Shown here: positions 8,871 through 18,571 of the stretch, one piece after another | How the letters are laid out: each line of letters begins with the position of its first letter | Numbering within the stretch: the stretch's first letter is position 1 | DNA from: Candidatus Aenigmatarchaeota archaeon | GTDB lineage: Archaea > Aenigmatarchaeota > Aenigmatarchaeia > CG10238-14 > SCSR01 | Direction: 5' to 3' | DNA length: 64,000 nt | NCBI GenBank assembly: GCA_016181005.1 | Contig: JACPAE010000004.1 | Span: 78,646-142,645 of the forward strand | Translations under genes and position numbers: made by a program | The notes under the pieces: generated by a model | Databases searched by the model: none | Told to the model about the DNA's origin: nothing | The model's input: only the letters and a program-made list of their open reading frames with translations

Positions 8871-11800
8871 ATGGAATCTGATATCAACCAGAGAGTTGTT
8901 CTTTCCGGAGAACAGAAAGGGTTGAAGGTTCCACGATTTTTCACAAAGGACGGTGACAATGTCTATGAAACCATCGAGTGGGAAAAAAGGACATCGATGA
9001 TAAAAAATCCTGATGGAACTATTGTTTTCAAGATGGACAATATAGAGATTCCGAAATTTTGGTCGCAAATAGCGACGGACATTCTGGCTCAGAAATATTT
9101 AAGAAAGCGTGGCGTTCCGCAAGTCGATGCGGACGGAAACCCAATTCTGGATGCCCATGGAAGGCAAGTACTTGGAAGCGAGACTTCGTTAAAGCAGGTT
9201 GTGCACAGGCTTGCCGGTTGCTGGGCATGGTGGGGAAGCAAGTTCAATTATTTTGCAACACAGGAAGATGCCAAGGCTTTCTATGACGAGATTGCTTTCA
9301 TGCTTATGCATCAGCATTGCGCCCCGAATTCCCCACAATGGTTCAATACAGGACTAAATTTCGCCTACGGGATTACAGGACCGTCGCAAGGACATTGGTA
9401 TGTTGATCCAGAAACAAAAGAGTTGACGCAATCTATAGATGCTTATTCACATCCGCAAGCGCATGCGTGCTTTATTCAGCCTGTAAAAGATGATTTAGTA
9501 AATGACGGAGGAATTTTGGATTTGGCAGTCAGGGAAGCAAGAATTTTCAAGTACGGCTCCGGGACAGGAACGAATTTTTCCAACCTGAGAGCTAAAGGCG
9601 AGCATCTTTCAGGTGGTGGAACTTCGAGCGGTGTAATTTCATTTTTGAAGATCAACGACACAGTCGCAGGCTCTATCAAATCTGGCGGTACCACAAGACG
9701 CGCGGCAAAGATGGTGCTTCTGAACATCGACCATCCGGAGATAGAGGCTTTCATAAGATGGAAGGCTGATGAGGAGAAAAAGTTTGCAGCTCTAGTCGGC
9801 ACAGGATTGGTCAAAGCCGATAGCGTCGAATCTGCAAGCGAGCATGTGTTCGGACAAAACTCGAACAATTCCGTACGCATTACAGATGATTTCATGAAGG
9901 CTGTTGTCGAAGACAAGGATTGGAATTTAACTTGGAGGACTGATGGAAGAACTGCAAAGACTTTAAAGTCTCGCTATCTATGGGATATGATTGCACAGGC
10001 CGCATGGGAATGTGCTGACCCAGGATTGCAGTTTGACACGACATACAATGATTGGCACACGTCTCCAAAATCGGGCAGAATAAATGCAACTAATCCATGT
10101 AGCGAATTTGCTTATCTTGATAACTCGGCTTGTAACTTGGCATCATTGAATTTGGGCAAGTTTATGGAAAATGGTACATTTGATGTTGAAGCATTCAACT
10201 ATGCTACAAGACTGTGGACTATAGTTCTTGAAATCTCTGTTTTAATGGCTCAGCTTCCGAGTAAAGAAATAGCAGATGTGACGTATAAAACAAGAAGTCT
10301 GGGGTTAGGGTATACAAATCTTGGTTCCGTCTTGATGAAGTCAGGAATTGCTTACGACTCCGATAAAGCCAGAGCAATCGCGGCTGCTATAACAGCAATA
10401 ATGACAGGCGAGAGTTATGCTGCAAGTGCCGAGCTTGCAAGCATCCTTGGACCATTCGAAGAATTTGAAAAGAATAAAGAGGATATGTTGCGTGTCATTA
10501 GAAACCATAGAAGAGTGGCATACAATGCGCCGAAAGAGGAATACGAGGGCTTGCATGTCGTGCCCCCTGGAATTGACCATACAGAATGCCCTGATTATTT
10601 GCTCAAGGCAGCACTTGCGTCTTGGGACAATGCACTGATGCTAGGCGAAAGATACGGATATAGAAATGCGCAGTCGACTTTGATCGCACCTACAGGTACG
10701 ATAAGCTTTGTTATGGACGCTGACACAACTGGAATCGAGCCTGATTTTGCTCTCGTGAAATTCAAGAAACTTGTCGGCGGCGGTTACTTTAAGATTATAA
10801 ACAAGACAATCGAGCCTGCGTTGAAGAATCTTGGCTACAGCAAGGAGCAGATTAAAGACATTCTCAGGTATCTTGTAGGAAGCAACTCATTCGAAGGCAC
10901 ACCTTACATAAACACGTTCACATTGACAAGGAAAGGATTTACGGATGCTGAATTGGCAAAGATGGAGAAATTGTTGCATGGCATCCTGAACCTGTCGTTT
11001 GTTTTCAATGTCAATACTCTTGGAAAGGAATGCTTGGAAAGATTAGGATTCAAGGAATCGCAGTACAATTCACCCGAGTTTAATTTGTTGAGGGGGTTGG
11101 GTTTCAGGGACGATGAGATAGAAGCCGCTAACGAATTCATCTGCGGGACACAGACAATTGAGGGCGCTCCACATTTGAAGTCTGAGCATTATCCGATTTT
11201 CGACTGCGCGAACAAGTGCGGTAAGAAGGGGCAGAGATACATTGACTATATGGCACATGTTCATATGATGGCGGCCGTACAACCATTTTTGTCCGGCAGC
11301 ATAAGCAAGACAATCAACATGCCAAATCATGCAACTGTGGAAGAAATAGAAAAAGTTTACACGGAGTCATGGAAGCTTGCTTTGAAGTCGCTTGCATTGT
11401 ATCGCGACGGAAGCAAAGTTGTGCAGCCTTTGGCAGTCTTCAAGCAGAAGGAAGAAGCGGTGGCAACACCGGTAAGAAGAAAGCTGATGCAGGAAAGGAA
11501 AGCGATAGCGCACAAGTTCAGGATTGGGAATCAGGAGGGATACATTCATGTTGGATTGTTCGAGGATGGTGCTCCTGGAGAGTTATTTGTGACAATGGCA
11601 AAGCAGGGCAGCACTTTGTCAGGCTTGATGGACGCTTTTGCATTGACTGTGTCTATAGGTTTGCAGTACGGGGTTCCGCTGAATGTTTTGGTCAGCAAGT
11701 TCATCAACAGCAGGTTCGAGCCGATGGGATGGACGGACAATGAGGACATACCTGTGGCCAAGTCGATTATGGACTACATATTCAGATGGATGGCATTCAA

Positions 11801-12056
11801 GTTCCTTCCGAATGAAGACTTGAAGGAGCTTGGACTGCTCAATGGGGAGAAGATAATTGTTGCTGGCGAGAAGGTGGAGGATGTTGAAAGCCAGAAGCAT
11901 GATGTTGTTAGATTGACTCAGTTTGTGCATGAGAAATCAAGCAAGTATGACATGTCTGGCGATGCGCCTGCTTGCCCAGAGTGCGGCTCGTTGATGGTCA
12001 GGAGCGGTTCTTGCTATGTCTGCACCGGTTGCGGGAGCACTAGCGGTTGTTCTTAG
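8871..12056 (+). CDS. nrdJ: Adenosylcobalamin-dependent class II ribonucleotide reductase
   Basis: PNSPQWFN, HACFI, TNPCSE, APTGT motifs; C-terminal TSCPD-like domain and CxxC zinc ribbon. Confidence 0.92.
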   Translation: MESDINQRVVLSGEQKGLKVPRFFTKDGDNVYETIEWEKRTSMIKNPDGTIVFKMDNIEIPKFWSQIATDILAQKYLRKRGVPQVDADGNPILDAHGRQVLGSETSLKQVVHRLAGCWAWWGSKFNYFATQEDAKAFYDEIAFMLMHQHCAPNSPQWFNTGLNFAYGITGPSQGHWYVDPETKELTQSIDAYSHPQAHACFIQPVKDDLVNDGGILDLAVREARIFKYGSGTGTNFSNLRAKGEHLSGGGTSSGVISFLKINDTVAGSIKSGGTTRRAAKMVLLNIDHPEIEAFIRWKADEEKKFAALVGTGLVKADSVESASEHVFGQNSNNSVRITDDFMKAVVEDKDWNLTWRTDGRTAKTLKSRYLWDMIAQAAWECADPGLQFDTTYNDWHTSPKSGRINATNPCSEFAYLDNSACNLASLNLGKFMENGTFDVEAFNYATRLWTIVLEISVLMAQLPSKEIADVTYKTRSLGLGYTNLGSVLMKSGIAYDSDKARAIAAAITAIMTGESYAASAELASILGPFEEFEKNKEDMLRVIRNHRRVAYNAPKEEYEGLHVVPPGIDHTECPDYLLKAALASWDNALMLGERYGYRNAQSTLIAPTGTISFVMDADTTGIEPDFALVKFKKLVGGGYFKIINKTIEPALKNLGYSKEQIKDILRYLVGSNSFEGTPYINTFTLTRKGFTDAELAKMEKLLHGILNLSFVFNVNTLGKECLERLGFKESQYNSPEFNLLRGLGFRDDEIEAANEFICGTQTIEGAPHLKSEHYPIFDCANKCGKKGQRYIDYMAHVHMMAAVQPFLSGSISKTINMPNHATVEEIEKVYTESWKLALKSLALYRDGSKVVQPLAVFKQKEEAVATPVRRKLMQERKAIAHKFRIGNQEGYIHVGLFEDGAPGELFVTMAKQGSTLSGLMDAFALTVSIGLQYGVPLNVLVSKFINSRFEPMGWTDNEDIPVAKSIMDYIFRWMAFKFLPNEDLKELGLLNGEKIIVAGEKVEDVESQKHDVVRLTQFVHEKSSKYDMSGDAPACPECGSLMVRSGSCYVCTGCGSTSGCS

Positions 12057-12128
12057 ATAAAATATCATGAGTACAGAAATGTTCTGGAGGAAATTCGCTG
12101 GAAATTCTCATAAAATTTCTATATTAAT

Positions 12129-12854
12129 TTATCCGACACCAACCACATTAGTCCCAAACAATGCGCCCAATCCAATTCCGATAAAGTACCCGCTTATGGC
12201 AGCCAAAGTTCCTATCAATGCCAGCTCCAAACCGCTTCCGAGCCAGTTGCCCACGGTCAACTTCGCCTTAACAACACCTACAGCAAACAGCACTGCAACG
12301 GCAATAATCACCGAAGCTATCATCGCGTTTGAAATAGGCAAGAAAACAAATGGGACAAGCGGCACTATGGAACCTACTAAAGTTGCAACAAAAACAATCA
12401 ACCCATTCTTTATCGGCGATTTACCAAATTTTGGAGAAAGGTTAAGCTCTTCTGACATCATTGTGTCAACCCAAACCTTTTCGTTCGACGTGATAATTTT
12501 AACTATATCATTCAAAAGCCTGCCTTTGAAACCTTTCTTGGCGTATATTTCACGTATTTCTTTTATTTCGTCTTTTGGATTCTCTTTAATTGCATTTTCC
12601 TCTAAAGCTCTTTCAGCTTTGTAGTAGTCCCAATCAGCCTTGGTCGAAGTGTAAGCTACTGCAGCCATTGAAATAGTTTCGGCAAATGTCGCAGCCAATC
12701 CTGCGACGAGAACAATAAAAACATCGTTTGTGGCGCTAGCAACACCCAAAACAACTGCAAGGACGTTAACTAAACCATCCTGGCCCCCGAGAATTATATT
12801 GCCTATTTGTTCACCTCGAAAGTGTTTTTCATATTCAGGCATGCTTTTCTCCAC
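12129..12854 (-). CDS. VIT1/CCC1 iron/manganese transporter
   Basis: ILGGQDGLV, AETISMA, MMSEEL motifs. Confidence 0.9.
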   Translation of the reverse strand: MEKSMPEYEKHFRGEQIGNIILGGQDGLVNVLAVVLGVASATNDVFIVLVAGLAATFAETISMAAVAYTSTKADWDYYKAERALEENAIKENPKDEIKEIREIYAKKGFKGRLLNDIVKIITSNEKVWVDTMMSEELNLSPKFGKSPIKNGLIVFVATLVGSIVPLVPFVFLPISNAMIASVIIAVAVLFAVGVVKAKLTVGNWLGSGLELALIGTLAAISGYFIGIGLGALFGTNVVGVG

Positions 12855-13104
12855 CCTTTTCCCAATTACCTATCCTAACTTTATCACTATTGTTTTTCAG
12901 CTTGATAAAATAATCAATCAGGCACGCAGCCGTATAGCTGGCAACAACAAGTATCGAAACTTTGGCAATGACACTCGTTTCAAAATATGAAAATATATTA
13001 AATGCAAAATCTGCTATCAATAAAGGTATGCCGAAAACTTTAGCGATAACAATTTTATTTAATGTAATCTTGAAAAATTCCTTAAATCCCATGTCAACCA
13101 GCAA
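12835..13104 (-). CDS. Hypothetical membrane protein
   Basis: Short hydrophobic ORF co-oriented with its neighbours. Confidence 0.4.
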   Translation of the reverse strand: MLVDMGFKEFFKITLNKIVIAKVFGIPLLIADFAFNIFSYFETSVIAKVSILVVASYTAACLIDYFIKLKNNSDKVRIGNWEKGGEKHA

Positions 13105-13402
13105 CCATCCTGAATAGGAAATCGAATAAAATGAAGACTATCTTCTGCCCCAGCCAAACCGCAGTTATCACAGTCAAGATATTGTTTGAAAAGATGTTGA
13201 ACGAAATCAAAACCATATAGATGCCTGCAAGAATGTCTATCCTGCTCGGCCAGTCATTGATCGCAAATATCAGCCCCTTCAGTATCAGGTAGAATGCATT
13301 GTAGAGAATTGTCTCAGTCGAGAACCAGCCTAATGTTGCATGCAGCACTAGAACAAAGGCTGCTACCAAGTCAAGTACAGTGAGAAGTATGTGGATGACC
13401 AT
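13094..13402 (-). CDS. Hypothetical membrane protein
   Basis: Hydrophobic; LKG and IDIL.G motifs shared with the upstream ORF. Confidence 0.65.
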   Translation of the reverse strand: MVIHILLTVLDLVAAFVLVLHATLGWFSTETILYNAFYLILKGLIFAINDWPSRIDILAGIYMVLISFNIFSNNILTVITAVWLGQKIVFILFDFLFRMVAG

Positions 13403-13436
13403 TTCATAAATTTACTAGTATAGCTTTAATTCTTTG

Positions 13437-13733
13437 CTAAAGCGCGAAGAGGAACGACCAGATGCCCTTGGACAGCAGAAGGACTCCAAATATCCAGACA
13501 AAGCCTGCAGGCAAGCCGAAGAATGTGAAAATTAAAAGCAGGCCTGAGAGAATGTCAATCCCGCCAAGAAAATCCAAGTAAAACCTTTTCTCAAGCCCGT
13601 AAAGTACAGACATGATTCCCTTGAATAGAATAGTAATGCCTAGGTACAAAAGAAAGATGTGAAGAAAGGAAACGAAGTTGAAGAATATCAATAGGCCTCC
13701 GAAAATGTCAATCAAGGACACTACCAATAGCAA
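13437..13733 (-). CDS. Hypothetical membrane protein (paralog of 13094-13402)
   Basis: ID...G / KG repeats across about four hydrophobic segments. Confidence 0.65.
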   Translation of the reverse strand: MLLVVSLIDIFGGLLIFFNFVSFLHIFLLYLGITILFKGIMSVLYGLEKRFYLDFLGGIDILSGLLLIFTFFGLPAGFVWIFGVLLLSKGIWSFLFAL

Positions 13734-13782
13734 TGTCGAAAATGGAATTGTTACCGCCTAATTATGAAGACAATAGCAAGAG

Positions 13783-15039
13783 TTATAAGCTTATGTCTGG
13801 TTCCTGCAAATGCTTTATCAGAGAATTCATAAATCTTGTGGCGTAAGCCCCGTCGACAATCCTGTGGTCAAACACCAGCGACAACGGCAGCACTTTCCTA
13901 ATCTCTACTTTCCCAGCGATTGCGAGAGGCTTGTCGTACATCCTTCCCACGCCAAGAATTGCGGCCTCCGGATAGTTGATTATGGGTGTGGCGAATGTCG
14001 CACCCAAGCTTCCGTAGTTGGTTATAGTGAAAGTGCCCCCCTTCAAGTCCTGCAAATCAATCTTCCTCTGTTTAGCCTTTTCTCCAAGCTCCTGAACCTC
14101 CTTTGCTATATCAAAAACATTCTTTATGTCAACGCCTTTAATGACAGGCACAAGAAGCCCCTCACCATCGACATCAACAGCGAATCCGAAGTTGTAATAT
14201 TTCTTTACGACAATCTCCTCCTCTTCTTCTAGGAGGCTGGAATTTAGCAGCGGAAACTCCTTCATTGCCGCCAGGCACGCCTTCATAATAAAAGGCATGT
14301 AAGTAAGGTGAATTCCCTGCTCCTTTGATTTAACCTTTTCTTTCTCTCTTAATTCAAACAGCTTGCTGACATCAGCTTCGTCCATGGCTGTCACATGCGG
14401 TATGTGCTTTACTGACTCTACCATGTGGGTTGCGATAACTTTCCTCAAGCCCCTCAGCGGAATTCTGTCGACATAGCCCCACATGTCGTATTTCTTCTTC
14501 ACAACCAGAGCCTTCTCTTCTTTAACCTCTTTTGTTCCCACAGCGCTTTTGACGTCTTCCTCTGTTATTCTTCCTTCTGGTCCTGTACCAGTGACTTTCG
14601 TTAGATCAACTCCCAATTCCTTAGCCAGATTTCTGACAGCAGGTGCGGCAAGCACTTTTTCACCGACTGCTTTAGGCGGAATTACAGGTCTTGGCTTAAC
14701 TTCCTCCTCATCAGGCGCCTCTTCAAGATAACCAACAGCGCCAGCAGCCTTCATGACAGGCCCTTTAATTTCCTGCCTGGATTCTGGGATATATTTTTCT
14801 CCCACTTCACCTATAACAAACAGAACCTGGCCGACTTTGACAGTTTCGCCCTCCTTGAAGTTAATCTTCAGCACAGCACCTGAATAAGGAGAAGGAATCT
14901 CTGCAACAGCCTTGTCAGTCTCGACCTCTCCGACAACTTGGTGCTCCTCTACCCTGTCGCCCTCCTTGATGAGCCATTTTACTATCTCCCCTTCTTCTAT
15001 GCCTTCGCCAATGTCGGGAAACTTGAACTCTTTCGGCAT
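13783..15039 (-). CDS. pdhC: 2-oxoacid dehydrogenase E2, dihydrolipoamide acyltransferase
   Basis: Lipoyl domain ETDKA, E3-binding GTGPEGRI, catalytic DHRIVDG. Confidence 0.92.
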   Translation of the reverse strand: MPKEFKFPDIGEGIEEGEIVKWLIKEGDRVEEHQVVGEVETDKAVAEIPSPYSGAVLKINFKEGETVKVGQVLFVIGEVGEKYIPESRQEIKGPVMKAAGAVGYLEEAPDEEEVKPRPVIPPKAVGEKVLAAPAVRNLAKELGVDLTKVTGTGPEGRITEEDVKSAVGTKEVKEEKALVVKKKYDMWGYVDRIPLRGLRKVIATHMVESVKHIPHVTAMDEADVSKLFELREKEKVKSKEQGIHLTYMPFIMKACLAAMKEFPLLNSSLLEEEEEIVVKKYYNFGFAVDVDGEGLLVPVIKGVDIKNVFDIAKEVQELGEKAKQRKIDLQDLKGGTFTITNYGSLGATFATPIINYPEAAILGVGRMYDKPLAIAGKVEIRKVLPLSLVFDHRIVDGAYATRFMNSLIKHLQEPDISL

Positions 15040-15040
15040 T
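14992..15040. repeat. 49-bp direct repeat, copy 1 (5' end of the E2 gene)
   Basis: Matches 15535-15583 with 1 mismatch. Confidence 0.92.
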
Positions 15041-15048
15041 ATATCACA

Positions 15049-15300
15049 TCAATAATGAATTCTCCCCCTTACATCTAACTTAACAACTTCAATTACCCCT
15101 TTATCAAAATAAACATCTATTATAATTCTAAAATCACCCGTCCTAATCCTATAGGTTATTTCCCCAATCTTCTTTACATCCAAACTCTTAGGAAAGCCAG
15201 TTAAAGAATCTAGCTTATTCATTAACTTGTTTTGTAAATCTGAAGGATATTTAGTTATTTTTTTCTTAATTTTTTTAGGAATCACAACCAAAAAGGTCAT
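15049..15300 (-). CDS. RelE/ParE family toxin
   Basis: 83 aa, basic; YRIRTGDFRII and RGRIHY end. Confidence 0.85.
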   Translation of the reverse strand: MTFLVVIPKKIKKKITKYPSDLQNKLMNKLDSLTGFPKSLDVKKIGEITYRIRTGDFRIIIDVYFDKGVIEVVKLDVRGRIHY

Positions 15301-15503
15301 TTTCGCAACTCTTTCTTTAGTTGTTCCAGTGTGACATATTGACCTTTCCTTATTTCTTCCCTTGACCTCCTTATTCCCTTCCAGTCTTTGTGTGTCAACT
15401 GATCTTCCGCTAGCATAGACTCGACCCTTATCAAATGCCTTTTAACATCCCTCAGTTCACTCAAAAACTGCTTCATTATGCCGAATTCTTTACCAAGCTT
15501 CAT
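15297..15503 (-). CDS. Putative antitoxin
   Basis: 68 aa, ATGA overlap with toxin; SREEIRKGQYVTLEQLKKEL tail. Confidence 0.75.
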   Translation of the reverse strand: MKLGKEFGIMKQFLSELRDVKRHLIRVESMLAEDQLTHKDWKGIRRSREEIRKGQYVTLEQLKKELRK

Positions 15504-15534
15504 AATTAACTATTAGGCATATTATTTAAATAAT

Positions 15535-15583
15535 TTCTTCTATGCCTTCGCCAATGTCCGGAAACTTGAACTCTTTCGGCATT
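15535..15583. repeat. 49-bp direct repeat, copy 2 (truncated E2 start, MPKEFKFPDIGEGIEEII*)
   Basis: Immediately follows the E1-beta stop codon; matches 14992-15040. Confidence 0.92.
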
Positions 15584-16561
15584 TTAAAAACTCATCACAT
15601 TTTCTATAGCTTTATTTATTCTTGTTGCATCAGGAATGTAATAGTTCTCCAGCTTTGGCAGCGGTACAGGAACATCATAACCAGTAACTCTCTGCACAGG
15701 CGCCTCTAAATTTAGTAAAGCTTTTTCATTTATCGTCGCAACCAATTCTGCACCATAACCACATGTCCTTGGCGCTTCCTGCACAACAACACACCTGCCA
15801 GTCTTCTTAACAGAGTCGATAAGAGTTTTCCTATCAACAGGATACAGTGTCAGCAAGTCAACAATCTCCACAGAATACTTTGACTGGGCAACAGCCTCAC
15901 GAACAACCTTCTGCATCGCACCCCAAGCAATAACAGTGATGTCACTCCCCTCCTGCACAACTTCGGCCTTGTTTAGCGGAATTGTATACTCTTCTTCAGG
16001 AACCTCTTCCTTGATTGCGCGGTAGACTCTTTTGGGTTCTAGGAAAACGACTGGATCAGGATCACGGATTGATGAAATCAACAATCCTTTTGCATTGTAA
16101 GGCCCCGATGGTGTAACAACTTTAATCCCGGGCATGTGCGTGAAGAATGCTTCCAATGATTCCGAATGATGTTCCAGTGCTCTGATTCCTCCACCGTGGG
16201 GAACTCGAAAAACTAGAGGCACGTGCCATTTTCCTTGAGACCTCTTCCTCATCCTGCCTGCATGATTGTAAAGCTGGTCGAGCATTGACATTGAAAAGCC
16301 GTCGAACTGAACTTCCGCTATAGGTTTCATTCCCGCAATAGCTAATCCAATCGAAGTGCCAATAATTCCAACTTCTGCCAGTGGAGTGTCAATAACCCTA
16401 TCATCGCCAAACTGTTGCCACAAGCCTTCTGTGACTCTGAAAACACCACCGTCTTTGCCGATGTCTTCTCCTAAAAGGATAACTGAGGGATATTTCTCCA
16501 TCTCCTGCTTTAGTGCAAGATTAATTGCTTGAACTAGGTTCATCTTCATAACATCACTCAA
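15584..16561 (-). CDS. pdhB: 2-oxoacid dehydrogenase E1 beta subunit
   Basis: GEDIGKDGGVFRVT, DTPLAE, EHHSES motifs. Confidence 0.92.
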   Translation of the reverse strand: MSDVMKMNLVQAINLALKQEMEKYPSVILLGEDIGKDGGVFRVTEGLWQQFGDDRVIDTPLAEVGIIGTSIGLAIAGMKPIAEVQFDGFSMSMLDQLYNHAGRMRKRSQGKWHVPLVFRVPHGGGIRALEHHSESLEAFFTHMPGIKVVTPSGPYNAKGLLISSIRDPDPVVFLEPKRVYRAIKEEVPEEEYTIPLNKAEVVQEGSDITVIAWGAMQKVVREAVAQSKYSVEIVDLLTLYPVDRKTLIDSVKKTGRCVVVQEAPRTCGYGAELVATINEKALLNLEAPVQRVTGYDVPVPLPKLENYYIPDATRINKAIENVMSF

Positions 16562-17612
16562 AATCTTTCTTCTGTTCTTCTAATTCTTCGGGCAACTCGG
16601 CATAAACGTCTTCAAACATGTCCGTAGGCTTTGGCGGTTCAACAGCTTCAAACTTTTTCACAGCTTCAGCAACTTTTACCTTCGCCTTTTCCCAAACTCC
16701 CTTTTCATAATTTTCATTCCAAATTCCTTCACTCTCCATATACTTTCTCAGTCTTTCGACAGGGTCCTTCCTCTTCCACATTTCGACTTCAGCAGGGTCC
16801 CGATACTTCTTCCAGTCATCAGCAGTCGTGTGATTTTCCATCCTGTAGGTATAGCACTCGATGAACGTAGGACCCTTGCCTGCTCTTGCCTTGTCAGCGG
16901 CGTCCTTCGTAACTTTGTAAACTGCAAAAACGTCATTGCCGTCAACAAGAACGCCTTCAAAACCATATGAAAATGCCTTTTCAGCCAATGTATCGCTCGC
17001 GCTCTGTCTCTTGCGGGGGACTGAAATCGCCCACTGGTTGTTCTGGCAAATAAAAATACATGGAATCTTGAAAACACCGGCGAAATTCATCCCTTCGTGG
17101 AAGTCACCCTTGCTTGTCGCACCGTCGCCAAAATAAACAACAGCAACAGATTTTTTCCCCTGAAGCTTGCTGGCCCATGCAAGCCCGACAGCATGCGGTA
17201 TTTGCGTCCCTACAGGAACCGCGACAGGCAGCGCATTCATATCCTCAGGAATTGTCATTCCCCTCTCGTCGCCGGCCCAATACTGGTAAAGGGCGTCCAT
17301 CGGGAAGCCGAGGGTTATGAATACTCCATTTTCCCTGAATGACGGGGCAAACCAGTCCTCCTTGTGCATAGCAAGCGCAGAACCAATCTGGGAAGCTTCT
17401 TGTCCTAGCAGCGAAGCATATGTAAGCATTCTCCCTTCTCTCTGCAGCTTCAATGCAACATCGTCAAACGCGCGCGACAAAACCATGTATTCGTACATTG
17501 CCTTAATTTCATCGTTCGTGAGCTTCGGCATGTCCCTTGTGTTTACTATCTTGCCTTCTTCGTTGAGAATCTGGAACATTTCCATTTTCATATACTTGAA
17601 TTTTACATCCAA
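16554..17612 (-). CDS. pdhA: 2-oxoacid dehydrogenase E1 alpha subunit
   Basis: TPP motif GDGATS...NNQWAIS; HTTADD. Confidence 0.92.
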   Translation of the reverse strand: MDVKFKYMKMEMFQILNEEGKIVNTRDMPKLTNDEIKAMYEYMVLSRAFDDVALKLQREGRMLTYASLLGQEASQIGSALAMHKEDWFAPSFRENGVFITLGFPMDALYQYWAGDERGMTIPEDMNALPVAVPVGTQIPHAVGLAWASKLQGKKSVAVVYFGDGATSKGDFHEGMNFAGVFKIPCIFICQNNQWAISVPRKRQSASDTLAEKAFSYGFEGVLVDGNDVFAVYKVTKDAADKARAGKGPTFIECYTYRMENHTTADDWKKYRDPAEVEMWKRKDPVERLRKYMESEGIWNENYEKGVWEKAKVKVAEAVKKFEAVEPPKPTDMFEDVYAELPEELEEQKKDFE

Positions 17613-17623
17613 CTTTAATAAGG

Positions 17624-18571
17624 TTAAACCTGCGGTCCCGCCATTTTCTTAAAGTCCTTGTCCGGGACTTGCAGGAACAAACAGTAGCCAAGATTCCTCT
17701 TCAAAGGACCGCTCAAATCCTCCCCAGGAATTTCTTCGACTTCTCTCCTTGTGAATGTCGGTTGGTGCCTGTTTATCCAGCGCGGCACGCCATATCGCTG
17801 TTTTAACAATTCCATAGAACGGTCTATGACAGCGTCATTTATAACCCGGCTTTCATAATTACCGCCAGTAACCTCTTTCAATATGGCTTCAGCGACAAGC
17901 CCTCTGAGAGCATAAGGGCTTGTTTGTGGAGGGGCGTTGCCGTCCAGTTCTGTAGAGACAGTTGGGAGATTTCTAAGCGCATCGTATTCTGAATAAACAG
18001 AGTTGCCTATCTTGCGTCGTTGCAACAAAACTCGTGAAGCAATCTTGTCAACATCGTATGGCGTAAGATGAACTAGGCCATGCAATAGAGCACTTTTAAC
18101 ACCCCACCAGATTGCGTGACTTGCTATTACCCTCCCGTTAACATTTATCGTCGATGCCTTGTTGTCTACGTCTACAGCATCTACGCCAATATTAGAAAGT
18201 GCATTTGCAACTTGCGTAGCAAAATACGCACGCATGTCTTCATAATCTCTAAAACTTCCATCGCGAGGCACTACAAAAGAATACGCAATTATGTTAGGGC
18301 CAGTTTGGACATGAGAACCTCCAGTTACCCTCCTAGTAAGATCTACTGACGGGTCCAACTTCTTTAAAACATCCGTGGCTTGGGCATATCCGAGAACTAT
18401 AGAATCTTTTGCAAAACTATAAAATCTCACTGTTGCCAAATGCTTATCTTTTGTTTCTTCTGCAATACGCCTTATTAAAAACTCTTCAAGAGCCATATTT
18501 ATTTGGCTGGGGAATACACCTCTGCCCCAATACTCGTAGTTGAACATTTCAATCTTACTGGTTTTGGACAA
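17624..18571 (-). CDS. Lipoate-protein ligase A-like protein (atypical)
   Basis: NMALEE, IVLGYAQ, RRVTGG, LLHG motifs; the usual KisG lysine appears absent (GRVIASH). Confidence 0.7.
   Translation of the reverse strand: MSKTSKIEMFNYEYWGRGVFPSQINMALEEFLIRRIAEETKDKHLATVRFYSFAKDSIVLGYAQATDVLKKLDPSVDLTRRVTGGSHVQTGPNIIAYSFVVPRDGSFRDYEDMRAYFATQVANALSNIGVDAVDVDNKASTINVNGRVIASHAIWWGVKSALLHGLVHLTPYDVDKIASRVLLQRRKIGNSVYSEYDALRNLPTVSTELDGNAPPQTSPYALRGLVAEAILKEVTGGNYESRVINDAVIDRSMELLKQRYGVPRWINRHQPTFTRREVEEIPGEDLSGPLKRNLGYCLFLQVPDKDFKKMAGPQV

Noticed and set aside
8871..12056. Intein in nrdJ
   Set aside because: No intein splice-junction or LAGLIDADG motifs; the length is explained by the C-terminal domain
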